Below, in pieces: positions 39,001 to 53,600 of a stretch of 64,000 bases of DNA (position 1 is the first letter of the stretch; every line of letters starts with the position of its first letter). The notes below the pieces were generated by a model. It was not told where the DNA came from. It searched no databases and saw nothing but the letters and a program-made list of their open reading frames with translations. The translations under genes were made by a program, and so were the position numbers. The DNA comes from Gnetum montanum (lineage: Eukaryota; Plantae; Gnetophyta): positions 506,307 through 570,306 of the forward strand of contig MNCI01000415.1 in NCBI GenBank assembly GCA_015680685.1, given 5' to 3'.

Positions 39001-40479
39001 TTTGGAGACATCTAGCTTTAGGAGGAGATGTCTTGTCTTAACATGAGATGTATTTCTTAGGAAGGAGATGCTTTAACTGAGAGCTAGAGTTGATAGGGAG
39101 ACATCTTGCCAAGGTTGAAGATGTCCTGTACAACTAAGAAAAGTTCCAAGTTGGTAATTCCATGTTGGGAAACAATCAAGAAAGATGACAACAAGGATGA
39201 ATATAGTAGGGAATCTTCAAGTTGATCATGGGAAAGGATTTTCTGGGTTCTTATCTTGTAATTAATAAATATTATTTTGTGTTTTCATAGTTAACATAAG
39301 AAATAGAGAGTGCATGAGAGTTTGAAAGAGAGATTACATGAGAATGATGTACATCTTTATGGTTAATTATGTGTGTTTGGGCATTATGACTCTTGTATGT
39401 GTTTGGATCTTGAAATACCTCAAGGAAATTTATGTTACAAACAAAGAGCCTAGTGGCCAAAATTTAAATTGTAATTTAATAAGGATTCAAGAGTAGAAAT
39501 AATTACCTTGTTTCGCCATTAAAAATCATACAATGTGACCATATTTTAGCACTAATTGTAGACTATTTTAATATGTAAAGTAAAATTTATAGTCCATGCA
39601 CTATGAATTTCATTTGTGCTAGTGTGTGAGTGCCAAAATTCTCAAATACACTATCAAATTTGGCAACAAAAGCCAAAAATGTTGGTGGCCCATACGCTAG
39701 AATTTTGGATTGTGAAAAATGCAAAAAATGTTGGTGTTTGAGGCCCAAACAGTTAAGAATGCTAGTGGTTCATACACCATACATTTAGATCATCAAAAGC
39801 ATTAAAAATGTTGTAGAGAATATCCAAAAATTTGCTAGAATCAAATCAGTGAAGAATCAACCAATTCCAAGCTTATTTATGCTATAGATTCTACACCATT
39901 TTGAGGATTGTTTTGGTAAGCAATTTGGAGGAAGTTTTGCAAAGTGATCACTTGTAGCAATAGAGACATTTTTAGTGACAAAATAGAGCATATTACAGCC
40001 CTTTTTATGGTCTTTTTAGAGTAGATCCCATAGCAACAATGGTGGTAGTATAGATTGAATTAAAGACAAGTGCAGTTTAAGTGCAGAACATCCCCTACAT
40101 CCTACATTAGACTTTGAGGAATATTACCTATATTTCTAGGCTTTTAAGGCCCATTGATCTGTATTCTCTGAACCTATTTACTTGCAACATTTTACATAAA
40201 TTAATTTAAAGATTTGTAGTTGTTTTGTTTGCCATATTCTTGCATATTTCTTACATCTCTCATTTCTGCTTCTTGGGTCCTATGTTGTATCATTTTTCCA
40301 TACATTGTAGTTTATTTTCATTTTGTCTCACTTGGCAATAGATTATTTAATTTCTTAAGTAATCGACAAGACCATTTAAGTTATCGAACCTCTCTAGTCC
40401 ATACCAATGTCAATGGCATTACCTTAGCCCACTTAGCCTTGTTCCCAGCCATCATTACAAATGCAGTAGCCTACAGGAG

Positions 40480-42643
40480 CATCCCAAATATTGGATCAAG
40501 TCTTCCAAATGATCTAGGACCTCACCGAATAGCTACAAAAACTTAAAGCTAACACCACTTAGATGGTAAATATTATGAACTTTTACCAAGATGATTTGAT
40601 CAACGCTACCATCCTATAGATAACTCTTCCTATGGGCATCCTAATCCTATACTTTACCAAATATAATGATGAGGGTGATTCCAATGCTCATCTCATTACT
40701 TTTTGTTCTAAGTGCCTGTTGTTACAAGCTTAATTGCATACAATGGTGCATATCTTTCCCATATCTTTAATTGGAAAACCTTGGACTGGTATCGTGTACT
40801 ACCCAAAGGCTCTATTGTCTCTCTGGATGACTGAATTACACAATTCCTTAACTATGTTAAGTATAACTTGAAGCCTAATACAACATTAGATTAGCTTATG
40901 AAAGTGAAATAGGGGCCTCTTGAACTTGTCCAAAAGTTCATACAAATATGGAATGCTATCCTTAATAAAGTCCCTAAACCCATCTCTAAAACACATCTTT
41001 TGGCCATCTTTAATGGGATGGTTAATAATTTCATCAAGTCTAAGCCTTACTAATTAGACCCCTGGTTACTTAGTCAAGCTTGTTCCCATACCAAAAACAT
41101 AGAAGATGCTACAAAAGCTAGTAATGATCTTGCTTACATAGCATATAAGAGCTAACTCACAAGAAGGGATAGAGACAAGGGAAAACAACCCCATGTGGCA
41201 ATGGCCACAATGGCCAAGGAAATGAAACAACATGGGGACCAAAGACAACATAACCTAAGGCTCCTACCATCACTCCTCAACCATTAACATTTGGTGCTTC
41301 CACTTCCAACTCTTTAAAACCTAACTTTGAATGGAAAGATATGTCCGGGTACACTAAGCTATCCATGAAATCATCAAAGCTTCGTTACTAGTTGCTCAAA
41401 AGTGATTGTATCCAATACAAGAAATTGTCTAAGAATGCTCGTAAGAGGCATGATCGCTTATGTAAGATTGCTAAGGATCCCACCATAGCCACAAAAGATG
41501 ACCCTCCCATGCCTAAATACTTCAAAGTGGACCAATTCTGTCACTACCATTAGCTTTTCGGTCATGATACTAATTTTTCAGCCATACTCCAATTTCAGCC
41601 ATATCCATGGACTTCAATGTTCAAACTACCTTAACTAGCCAACCTAGGAGGACAACCAAAAATAAGAGAAGAGAAAGAAACCAAAAGAATAAACATTGAA
41701 GCATGAGGTCAAAATCCTAAGTATAATGGAGGAAGTTAAGGCTAACAAAAATTTGAAATCATCCAACAATGATAAAGACTTCTTTCCTATTATGGAGCTG
41801 ATCAAACTCTCACTAAAACAAAAGAACACTTCTTTGAGCTTATATGACTTGGTTATGAACTCCCCTGCTTACTGCGAAGCTCTGGTTAAGATGTTGACTT
41901 TTATTCCTATAAATGAGAATATCCTAGCCAACAAGGAGTTTATCTATGCTGTGATAGTACCACCCTTACCTAGGGAAGAAACAAAGCAAACCACCTTAAC
42001 ATTTCGTGCCAACAAGGTGAAAACAAACTTTCAAAGTGATGAAGTATTGAGAGTTCCTTTCTTCATAATGATAAGATTTGGCCAATACAAAGTACATCAA
42101 GTGTATGTTGATGACAAGGCAGTGACAAACATTATACCCTTTCTTATCATGGAGCATGTAGGCTTGGTAGAGCACATCTAGAACACCTTCACCTCTACTT
42201 GTAAGTCCTTTAATGGGCGATGGTTGGCTATGAGAGGATCCATTTCACTAAACTTTGTGGTTGGGGTACAATTCCCCACATTCACCAATTTCTTATTGGT
42301 GGAATAAACACTAGGTTTCAATCTAATCCTTGGAAAATCCTAGTTGGTCGAACTACGAATAGTTTCTTCTTTGATCCATCAAGAAATTAACCTACCTTAT
42401 GAGGGAGATAAAATCATAATCCATGCAGATAGCATAGTCCTCTTGTTCATTAGCAATGTTGACATAGAGAAAGGCTTTAAGGTGGAGTTTCAAGAAGAAG
42501 CTCCCATAGCCAAAAATGAAGCCAAAAACTATAGCAAAATTAATGTAGCAAAAACCAACAATGAAGGAGCGATAAAAAAATCATGGGAAGAGCTCCCATT
42601 TAACATCATGAACAAAGGGAATGGGAAGTACATGATTGTATAG
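40480..42643 (+). pseudogene. gag-protease relic of element E
   Basis: KYNDEGDSNAHL, CHYH..GHDT, LKQKNTSLSLYDLVMNSPAY, protease VHQVYVDDKAVTNII, FNLILGKS. Confidence 0.8.
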
Positions 42644-43249
42644 TAAAAATAGTATAACTTTCCTAATCTCTTAAATATTAGAAAATAGTTGCATGATTGA
42701 GCACATTGTCTATTTCCTTTTCCTTGTACATATTATGTGGTTGTTTAACTAGTAGCCTTTTTTTAGTTTTTATTTATACATTTATGTTTTGCCTTATAGG
42801 TTTTTCCTTGTTACATCATGTTTAACAATTTTTGCATAGTCCTACTTGACAGGTTTACAACATACATTTGTTCTTTATGTTTATACAAAGTTACAAAATA
42901 ACATAAAAAATAGAAAACATAAAATACATAAAAGACATAAAACATTAAAAAATAATAAGAATTGTAAAGCATAAGAAAACAAAAAGAAATTTTTTAAAAC
43001 TCAAAACCAAAATAGTAGCCATAATCACACTATGTGACAATAATAAAAAAATAAATGTTAATAGGCATAGTTGCATTGTGTAATAGATAATAACAAAAAT
43101 GATACATGGTATGTAAGGCTATGATAGCCAAATAAAAATAGAAACAACACTATAATAGAAATAAGAAATTATAACTAGTCCATCAATGGCTAAGACTAAG
43201 CCATATGAGAAGGAGGATCATCATTAACATCATCATCAATGTCATCACT

Positions 43250-46200
43250 GGTATCGCTTGGGGCTTGTAGACAACAAAACATGCAAATGATCAATAACCA
43301 TAATGACCAAAGAACAAAACTATAAAAAAATAAAATAAAAACTTCAATTAAAAATTGAGAACATATTTTTACAAACTTAGAAGATTCAAGAGCGATATCT
43401 TTAGGAGCAAATTTCTAAAGGCCTATCTCTATGCTATGAAGAATCTGTTCTTCACTCATGTTGGCCCAATTGATTTTTCCTAAGTCCATTCCTACTAAGA
43501 TCTTTTCCCTCTCTATACCTATCCACTTAAGAGAAGCATGGGAAAATGTAGTTGTGGTAGTTTCTCCAGATGTAGTAGCAATCTAAGGAGTAGGAGAATC
43601 AACAACCATCACTGATTTTGTGAACATGTTAAAGGTGTCCTCTACACCTCTCACCCAAAAAAACAACTCATATTTTCAACACATTATAGCCTCCTCATGC
43701 CATGATTTCAAGTAGGTCTCCTTTTCTGCCTTGTATACATGCTTGTGAGCCTTTTGCTTCTTACCCCATTCTAACATCCAAGCATAATAGTCTCACAAAT
43801 TCTTGATCTTACAAACTAATAGCTTGATCTACATGTCCTTCATCATGTTGCTTATAGCTAAAGTAACCTTACTTTGGATAGTATTCCAGTAGCATGACCA
43901 CTCGATCTCCTTAGTACACAAAGAGACTCTATTGGTCACACAGGCCTCTATAAACTTCTTGTGATCTTTAAGACTCATATTTTCATTTGATATCTCCTTG
44001 ACCTATTTTTCCAAAGCCACAACCCTCTCTCATAAAAATTCATTAGATCATTGGAACTTTCAAGATGTCTTTGCATATGATATAGCACATTTGGTAGGTT
44101 CTACATATAATCTCCATGGAACATTTTCCACATCGGGTGGTAGCTTAGGGAGCTCATTAAATTCAGTGTCTTATGTAGGATCCCATCTAACTTTGGACAC
44201 TACCATATCCAAAAAACACAAGAAAATCAAAAATAGCAAAAAAACATTTAAAAAATATTAAAACTATGTAGCCATAAAACATGAAAACACATAGAAATAT
44301 AAAAAAAATGCAAAACAAAAATTTTCTAACTTCTCTTACCAACATCAAGAGCTATATGCTATAATCTATCAACCATGTTATCTACCATTCCCTACATGAA
44401 TTCCATTTTGTCTAGGACCTTCACACAATGCCTAGATCAAAATGTAGATGTGGATGCTTTCGAAAGAGGCTCATGCACTGCAATGACTATAACAATCAAT
44501 AGCATTTTTCATAAAAACATATAAAGTTTGAAACAAAAATATAAACAGCATCAAAATTTACCAAGAAGATCATGAGATAGGTCCATCAAAGGGTTGTTTT
44601 CTAAAGGTAAATCACCTAAGATGGAATTCAAAACATCTAGTGCTTTCTAGGATGCCCTTTTGTCTCCTTCCTTGTGTCATTGCTTCTCCTCTGTAGCAAC
44701 CTGAGCAACCAACACTTATTTTCTCCCTACAATAAATTAATAAAAAATAATAGAACAAGTTAGTAAGAATTTTTATCAACACAATATAACAAAAAATAAT
44801 ACAAAACTAAAGAATAAAAATATATAAAATATACATACATCTCAAACAACCTAATTGACCTTGTTAAATTTGATAGCCAGCTTCTTACGTGTTGGCTGGC
44901 TAACAACAAGAATGTTTTCTTTAGCTTGTGGCCTCTTCATCTTTTCTCTAGTGATGTCATCTACTTCAATGCATATTATTTTGGCTCTTTTTGAATTATC
45001 ATGAATAGCATGGGGCTCAATCCCTATGCCATTAGGGAAATAACCATGGACACCAATAATATTCTTAGTGGTAATAGACAGTGATTCATCCATCTCCTCC
45101 ACTAGTGGGTCTTGGAAACACATCACCTAAATGATGTGCTTAGTACAAGGCTTGAAGAGTTGGAAAGCATCACGTGCTACCTACTTTCCATCTCTCCTAA
45201 TCACCAAGAACTCCATGAACCTTCTAAGGTATGCCTTGAAAAATATAAAATGCATGTGGTATATAGAATCAAGGTTATTATGGAGTTTTTAGGTTTCATT
45301 CCTTAGACTAGTGACCAAGAAGGTAGCCCAATCAAACCAAGGGCTATTAGTTAAAACCTTTTTCATAGTTTAGGCTTGTTAAACACATATGATTCTATTT
45401 TGCGATAGTAGCATGGAAAAGTCTCTAGAACGAAAAAGAGGATAAGTCTCATTTGCCTCCTCAACATCACATGTAGTAAAAGATAATGTAGCATTGATAG
45501 GTGATTTGAGCTAGGCCTCCATTTCCTCTCTATGGCCTACATCCTTCCCTACTATGATGGCTACCTTAACACTACTAGAAAGTATGCCAAAAAGATTGCT
45601 AAACATGGACTCATTAATGCTTAAGATAATAGGAAAATCATGCACACAAGTGACAAATTTGGTGATTCCCTCATTAAAAGAGTTAATCACAACATCTTGA
45701 CCTAAGATATGGATGGACTAGGTAGCATAAACAAATCAAATAAACTTACATTAGTGATCCTTTGTTGAACATCTACAGGAGCTTTGTTTGCTAACCATGC
45801 ATGTGCTTGATCTACTTCACCCCATTTGAAGAGAATCTTCTCCTTAGCATGACTTGAAGTTATCATAGTAATAGTAAACTCATGAATAAAATCTACAACA
45901 CAACATAGTTAGTACATTAGCCTTTTACACTATAGACAATAAAAAAAATCATAAAAACTAAAAACTCAAAAAAAAAAAAAAAAAGAATAAGAACTTAAAA
46001 AACAAGAATGCTAAAATGTTGACCATGCTTAACCAATTTCCACTCATCAAGCTTAGGCAAAGCTAGAAACTTAGACTAAACTTATGAAGGTGCTTCTAAA
46101 TCTTAAAGAGCTCAAAATTCATATGCATGATTGGTAGCTATACATATTTGATATACACAAGAATACTACATAAGGTACCTACCAGACTTAGCATCAAGAT

Positions 46201-46930
46201 GGTTAAGCACTCACATTCTTATGATCTCACCTTGCTTAAAATCCTTCAAAGCTGTACATGCCATAGATAAGGTTTGGTCATTTTTCACTAATCCTCCATG
46301 GTGTACCTTATACCTATAAAAACCGAAGTACAAAAACCATTAGAATAAATAACATTGAAATAAAAAATAAAAAAAATACATTAATTCAAAACTAGGCTTA
46401 CACTTATAGTAGCTAGATAGTTCTAGGAGGGTTTTGGAATAGGGTGTTTATGTGGTGATCCAACATTAGGGTGTTGTTAGCATTGTATTGCAAATACTTG
46501 GGCATATTCTAGATTTGGAATAATCATTAAACTCCTAATGAATACGAGCCCTTGTTCCACACTATTTCTCTCTAAGTGTCAGGATCATCCACCATGAACT
46601 ACAAGATGTAGTTAGAAGATCATGCCACAAGAGTCTTCATGATTACCGCTGCAAAATCTATAGCCAAGTGTGATCACATAATCACATTGTAATTTTGGAG
46701 TAGGTACATCAAGAATTCTATGGTAATAGGTCTAAACCATAGTGGGTTGCATTTGTCAAGGTTCATATTGGGGTTTAAGCTATTTTTTGTAGCCATCCCT
46801 ACGTAATACAAAATCCCCATTGACTCCATGGTGATCAAAATAGATTTCAGTAATACCCTGCATACAGCAAAGCCATATAGCCATGAGATCATATAGACCA
46901 TAAAAATATTACAACAAAAAATTGACAAAA
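43250..46930 (-). pseudogene. Spliced antisense accessory gene relic between protease and RT
   Basis: Minus-strand GT-AG introns with branch points (46314-46401, 44727-44838, further donors near 44339 and 44560). Peptide relics such as VVINSFNEGITKFVTCVHDFPIILSINESMFSNLFGI resemble plant retroelement extra-ORF domains. Confidence 0.55.
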
Positions 46931-49900
46931 TTCAAACCAAAATAGCCTCTAGGATCATAGCATTGACATTGAGCACAAAATACAAAATATGATCAAGTCC
47001 ACTAACATAACTACCATCCCAGTGCAAACCAAAACTTAGCCTTTTACATTTCAATTTGCATATGAAATAACTAAATTTGACATCTTATTGGACATTTAAC
47101 ATAGGAAGAAATCAGGTTGACATTTTAACAAATAGTTGACAGTAAGCCCTTAAAATAAGCATTTTCACAAACATTTATTTTGAAACCAAGTTTTTGCCCA
47201 ATTGGAAGCTAAAATTGACAACACTATGGGTTAGAGGGTAGAGAATGCCTCCAAAAATTGGCCAAAGAAATTTTAGAATCCCAAAATGCTTAGAATATAG
47301 GGAAAGTTGTGATGAGAAACATGAGTTTTCTTGGCTTTTAGAGTCCACACATTACCATTTTGCTATGTGAAAAAGCCTCTTATATGCTACCCTAGCAAGC
47401 CTAGAGAGTGCCAAACATTAGCCACATAACTAGAAAAATTTCACAATGACCAAAACCCAAGCCCAAGTATTCAACATTGTCAATACTAGCCTAAACATCG
47501 TAAAACTCTACAATCAAAGCTATAACTAATCAACATAGTTCCTGGGGCTAGGAAAAAACCTCTAAAAAAATTTAGCAAATGAGTTTCAATTGCAAACATT
47601 GAGAACAAACTTAAAAAAACTTGAATTCACCATCAACTCTACAGTTACAAAGTATAAAAATCTAGAATTTCATAGAATTTTCACTGAAAATCCCTAATTT
47701 GTAGTGAACTGACTATAGTAAAAACCATAAGAAAATTTGGAAAAAATTATAAAAATCAATACTTGGTCTACAACCCCTCTACACTACATTTTCCATCCCC
47801 AGGAATGTTGGATGTTGACTACATGTGCACAAAAAATTACCAACGCTACTAGTTTTTCGATGGAAAAATTGCAAAATTTTAGGAAAAATAGGCAAGAATG
47901 CTATTCCCTGGGTTGATAAAAAATTCATATCTCAATAATAATAATAATAATAAAAATTGATCCCACCTCTAACATAGCCAAAATACCTCAGATAACAAAT
48001 TTATGAGGTGAGAACTCAAAAATTGCATTGCACACAAGCTAGAAAAAATGTTGAAGTTTGACTAAAATTGGCAAAACTAGAGCATAAACACTATGTAGTG
48101 GTGTGAGAAAAATCCAAATATCCATCATAAAATGCTCAAAAATCCAAGTTTTTTTACCAACATGATTGAAAAGCCTAAACCTTTAATTCAACATGGTCAA
48201 AATACAAAATTTCAATTGTAGCAAGCCTAGGAGTGGGAAAGTGTTTTTACACATTTGTCAAAAATAAGAAAAAATAGGAAAAATTGAAATCTAGTGATCC
48301 TTGGTGAAGATCCTTCAATTGTGGATGGATCCAAAAGCCTAGAGATAATGTGTACTACTCCCTTTGCCTCACCTAACACTGGATTCTGACTTGTTAAACT
48401 GATCTTCTTTATCATGGTCACTAAAACTGAGAGTTCTACCTCAATTACTATAGGAAAAAGCCCAAATTCTCAACCCTACTACAACCACATTGTGCACAAG
48501 GATGGGTAAATGTAAATATTACTACACAGTATTGGGAATTTTGGTTTTAATGATAAAATTCAACTCCTACATGCTCAAATGAACTTAGGTGAGAAAGTAA
48601 GCTTACACACTAGGCTTTGATGTTAAAAATATTCTCAAGATTCCTACATGCTAATCATGAAACCTTGTGCAAACTAAGAAAATCCCTTCATATGTTGTGG
48701 TTGGGAAATGACCAAGGAAATGGGGGCTTAAAGGTTGAGATTTTTTCTGAAATTTTGGCTTCCTAGCCTTACACTCTAATAGTTTGACCATGGGTGGACT
48801 CTATAGGACATGGGTAAGAGTACCAAATAACCCTACATGCTAGGAATCATTCTTAAAATGCACAAATGTTGGGGAATCCTAGTGCACACACTATGGCAGC
48901 ATGTGAGGTAGTGTTTGAATGCTACAGTAGTTATTTCCCTTGTCAAACTTCCCCATAGACTGCCTGGTGGATGCTAAAAAACCTAGAAAACACACACAAA
49001 CATTCCAAAATTTTAAAAACCAATCCAAAATTGGTAGGAATTCAAGTAGGAATGTCCATACACTAGGGATTCATCTACCACATGTTGTGATAGCATGTGT
49101 GATACCATGCAAAGCCTCACCAAGTTCTTAATGTGATTCATGTAGATCATACCTTATTTGGAATTTCCAAACAAACTATAGAGCTCTCTTGCATGGCCTA
49201 AATGCTATTATGGAATCTTGGAGAAGCTAAAAATAGAGTTATAATTCTTACAAACTGGTGTGGTTAGGTTCCAATTATTGGAGCACCTATCCCACATACT
49301 ATGGTAGCATGTGGGGCAACATGTGAGCATTGCACTAACAAGCATCATGTCCCAAATTGCTCATACATTTCTTGGTGTGTTTCACAAGATCTAGAATGGA
49401 AAATTGATTAGAAAAGTAAACTTTATAAACTGTTGAAATTGGATTTTGACCTCACACACTAGGGAAACCTATCCCACATGTTATGGCAACATGTGGGGAA
49501 GCATGTGGAGCAATGGTAATCCATAATCCTAATCAAACTTGATCATACATTGCTTGGAATAATCAAACAAGCCTGGAACGATCCCAACACTACCTAGATA
49601 TAGTCACATCAAGTCAAACAAGATAAACCTAATCAAAACTCTTTTCAAGCTACATATTTAGATCCCACATGCTTTAGATGGAGTTCAAGATGCTCACATG
49701 TTATGGGAATAGTTCCCACTTGATGGAAACATAATATTCTAGCTTTTTAAAAGTGTTTAACCATAAAAAACATTATTCTAGTAGTTTACAGTCTATTTTC
49801 ACTAGATTTTTACTTATTTTAACAATTTATGATATTTTTGCGAGATTTTTGCTTATTTTAGTAATTTATGGCTTGTTTTTTTCTAAATGTTAGCTTATTT

Positions 49901-50039
49901 TAACAATTCATAGTCTATTTTTACTAGGTTTTACCTTATTGTGATCATAAAATCATCAAAAAAATAATTAGTATTATTTAATATTATTTTCAACCATGTT
50001 CAATCTTGCTTAATCTTATTTAACTTTGTTTGATCTTCT

Positions 50040-50430
50040 TCTACATCATTTGATATCATTTGGTGTCATTTGACACCATTAAACATCATTTTGAATCATT
50101 TCAAAACCATTTGGTGCAATTCAACACCATTTAATATCATTTTCCCATCATTTGATGTCATTTGACATCATTTTGACATCATTTGGAATCATTTGGTATC
50201 ATTTGATATAGTTTGGGCATCATTTGACATCATTTCATACCATATTGACTTCATTTGGTATCATTTGGCAGTAGTTGATCTTGTTTAACAACATTTTACA
50301 TCAATTTTGATACCATTTGGCTTCATTTTATCTCATTTTGACATCATTCAACCTTGTTTAGCCTCATTTTTACAATCATTTGGCATCTTTTGGTATCATT
50401 TAATGTCATTTGGCATCATTAAGTTTTCAT
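50040..50430. repeat. Low-complexity tandem array of (ga)catcatttg-like units
   Basis: Visible directly, just upstream of the RT region. Confidence 0.85.
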
Positions 50431-50699
50431 TCAACCTCATGTTACCTTATTTTGCATGGTTTTGACCTCATTTGGCCCTTGTTCCACCTTGTTGCATCTC
50501 AATCTATATTATTTGTTCTTGATTTATTGTGTTAGGACCTTAGGCTTATTTTTCCTCATTCTACTCTAATTTGATCTTGCTCAACTATGTTATGCTTTAT
50601 TATTCCAATAGTTTGCATTATTTTAACATTTTTTGGTAATTATGCAATATAGATGCTAGTTAATATGTATTTGTTGACATGTGGGATCAAATCATGGAC

Positions 50700-53600
50700 A
50701 CATGAGCATAATTTGACCTACCTTTGAGCTTGAATGGATCCTATAGTGATGTTGAATGATTAATTGACCTAGAATGCCTATATCTTGAACCTGGAAGCTT
50801 ATTTGATCATATAGCTTCAATAGAGAAGTCCTTAGAGTGGCTTGAGTACATAGTTAAAACTCTTGATTTAGAGGCTAGAGACATTATAAACGATTCTCTT
50901 TTTAAAGTCTTGATTACAACCCACAATGATAAGGGAAAAAAAATACTAAAATTAAGTTCTTGACTAGAATCCCATTTGGTCCAAGATATTACCAAAGCTC
51001 TTTAGAATAACATTAAGATCTTTACTTGGTCATACAAAGATATGCTAGGATTAGATGCACATTTAGTGAAAAATAATATCAAACTTGACCTTAGCATCAA
51101 GCTTGTTAAATAAAAAGTTCATAAGAGTAGACCAAATTTAGCCCTGATAGTCTATGATGAGATTAAGAAGTTCTACCAAGTTGGTTTCATCCTAGCTATT
51201 GATTACCTTGATTGGGTGTCTAACATAGTAGTGGTACCTAAGAAAAATGGGAGTATTCATATCTGTATTGATTTCTGTGATCTCAACAAGGTAATCGTTA
51301 AAGCTTATTTCAATTTGCCTAGTATTGATCAACTTATTGATACTACAGTTGGCCATGTCTTTTTATCCTTCATGGATAGGTTATCGAGATATAACCAAGT
51401 TAAGATTAACCTAGAGCATCAATTGTATAAAACCTTCATGACCCCTTGGGAAAGCTTTTGTTACACAAAGATGTCATTTGGTTTGAAGGATGCATGTGCA
51501 ACCTATCATTGAGTCATGACTTACATCTTGAGTGATTGCATGATAGGGTTACTTAATGATTATGTTGATGATATAGTTGTAAATTCCAAGATGGCCAATA
51601 ACCATGCACATGACCTAAGCTTGGTACTTAATGATGTCTCAAATATGAACTTAGACTTAATCCTAAGAAGTGTGTCTTTGGCATGAAAATTGGTAAGATG
51701 CTTGGTTTCATGATACCAAGCTAGAGATACAAGTGGATCTTGATAAGGTTAAGGCCATAAACAATTTTTTAGTGCCTAGAAACCTTAAGTAATTATAAGG
51801 TTTCCAAGGTAGATTGCAATTTATTCATAGGTTCATCTTGAGGCTCACAGATAAGCTACAACCTTACTACACTTAAAAAGAAAGTTCACTATGAATGGAA
51901 TAATAATGCCAAGAAGCCTTTGATAGTATCAAGTAAGAGTTGGTCCAATTACCTAGCATGTATCCCCCTTAGAAAGATAAACCATTCTACATTTACCTTG
52001 CAATCTTTGAAACATTCATAGCCTCTTTTCTTTATAAAAAATGAGATGATGGAACAGAGTTATTTGTCTACTACTTAAACCATAGAATGGTAGCTTATGA
52101 GACTTGATACACTAAGATGAAGAATTTTTAGCCTTGGTCTTTTCTTTAAAGAAATGGAGAAATTATATCTTTAGGAGCCATATCAACACCATATGCGTGA
52201 ACAATGTACTAAGAACCATTATGACCAAGGTTTGCAAGAGTAGCCATATAACTTGATGAAAGGCCATAACAATCATGCTTGACCTACATTACATGTTCCA
52301 AGCCTTAATAAAAGGTCAAGTATATCCATACAACTCACCACTTTCCCAATTAAGGATAATGTAACCATGGATCCTAAATTCCATGATGAGCATGTCAACA
52401 TTATTAACAAGGTACCTAAAGGATATAAGGCCATCATGTACTTTGATAGAACTTCAACTGCCTATGGAGTAAGCACTACTATCATCATAACATTAACTTG
52501 TAGTGAGATCCAAACTTTCACTTATCATTTCTAATTTCCATGTACTAACAACGTAGTGGAATATGAAGGGTTAATTAGAGGGATGATGATAGCTTGTAAC
52601 TATGGAACAACATGTTTAATGATATAAGATGATTTGAAACTAGTGATTAATCAAGTAATTAAAGTCTATGCATGTAAATCTAAACATTTATAATCTTACT
52701 GTAATCTAGGAAAAAAACTCTTGATACAGTTCATAGATGTTAGTATCCATTACATTTCCTAAGTTGAGAACACCTTAGCTAATGTCATTGCCATCTTATC
52801 CCTAAGTGTGATGGTTGATGTATTTAGTAAGTTTCCTTCCTTGATGAAAAATTATGCTCTTTCCATCACACAGACCACTCAAGGCATCTTTATAGTCATC
52901 ATTGATAATGTTCCACAAAAAAAGTTGTATGATAACATCAAGTTTTACCTAATGCATGGTGAACCTCCATAAAACCTAACTACCCCTGAAAAGGATGATA
53001 TATGTAAAAGATCAAAATAATACATCATTATAGCTAATAATACGTTAAGTTGAAGATAATATGATGGTGTATTGCTAGTATGCATGAAAAGGTAGAAGCC
53101 CATATAGTTCTTGAATAGGTACATGATGATATGTGTGGAGGACATATAGGACCTAGAGCCATGACCACAAAGATTAGATGCTTAGGATACTATTGGACTT
53201 ATATGGATAGTGATTACCTATAGAAGGTTAAAACTTGTGATATGTGTCAATGGTACAACAACCTAATACACATGCCACTAACTGAGTTACATTCTACTCA
53301 AATCACATGACCATTCCAACAATGGGGAATCAATATGATTGGACCTATAACTTTTAAGTTCTCTACCAGATATAGCTTCATCATCACCAAAATTGAGTAT
53401 TTTACAAAGTGGGTTGAAGCTATTCCTATAAGGAGAACAATGTTACAACAAGTTTATAAATTTATCCTTTAACAATAATCATAGACAATAGATCATAATT
53501 TAGTAGCCAAGAGATGCAAACCTTTTGTCAACAATTAAACATTAAGCATTTCTTTTCATCATCTTACTATTCATAAGCTAATGGCCAAGTTAAAGCCAAC

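Larger units (their letters stand above)
29901..41578. repeat. Right arm of large inverted duplication
   Basis: Reverse complement of 4165-12803 + 19949-22804 + ~23354-23510. Confidence 0.97.

Noticed and set aside
4165-41578. Giant TIR transposon carrying the lipase as cargo
   Set aside because: The arms are mosaics of older LTR elements, have no defined termini or TSD, and the spacer has no transposase; a segmental inverted duplication fits better.
29901-41578. Inverted repeat as an assembly artefact or mis-joined haplotype
   Set aside because: The arms differ by roughly 10% with indels, a TSD-flanked insertion and directional CpG decay, which indicates an old real duplication. Long reads would still be the final test.
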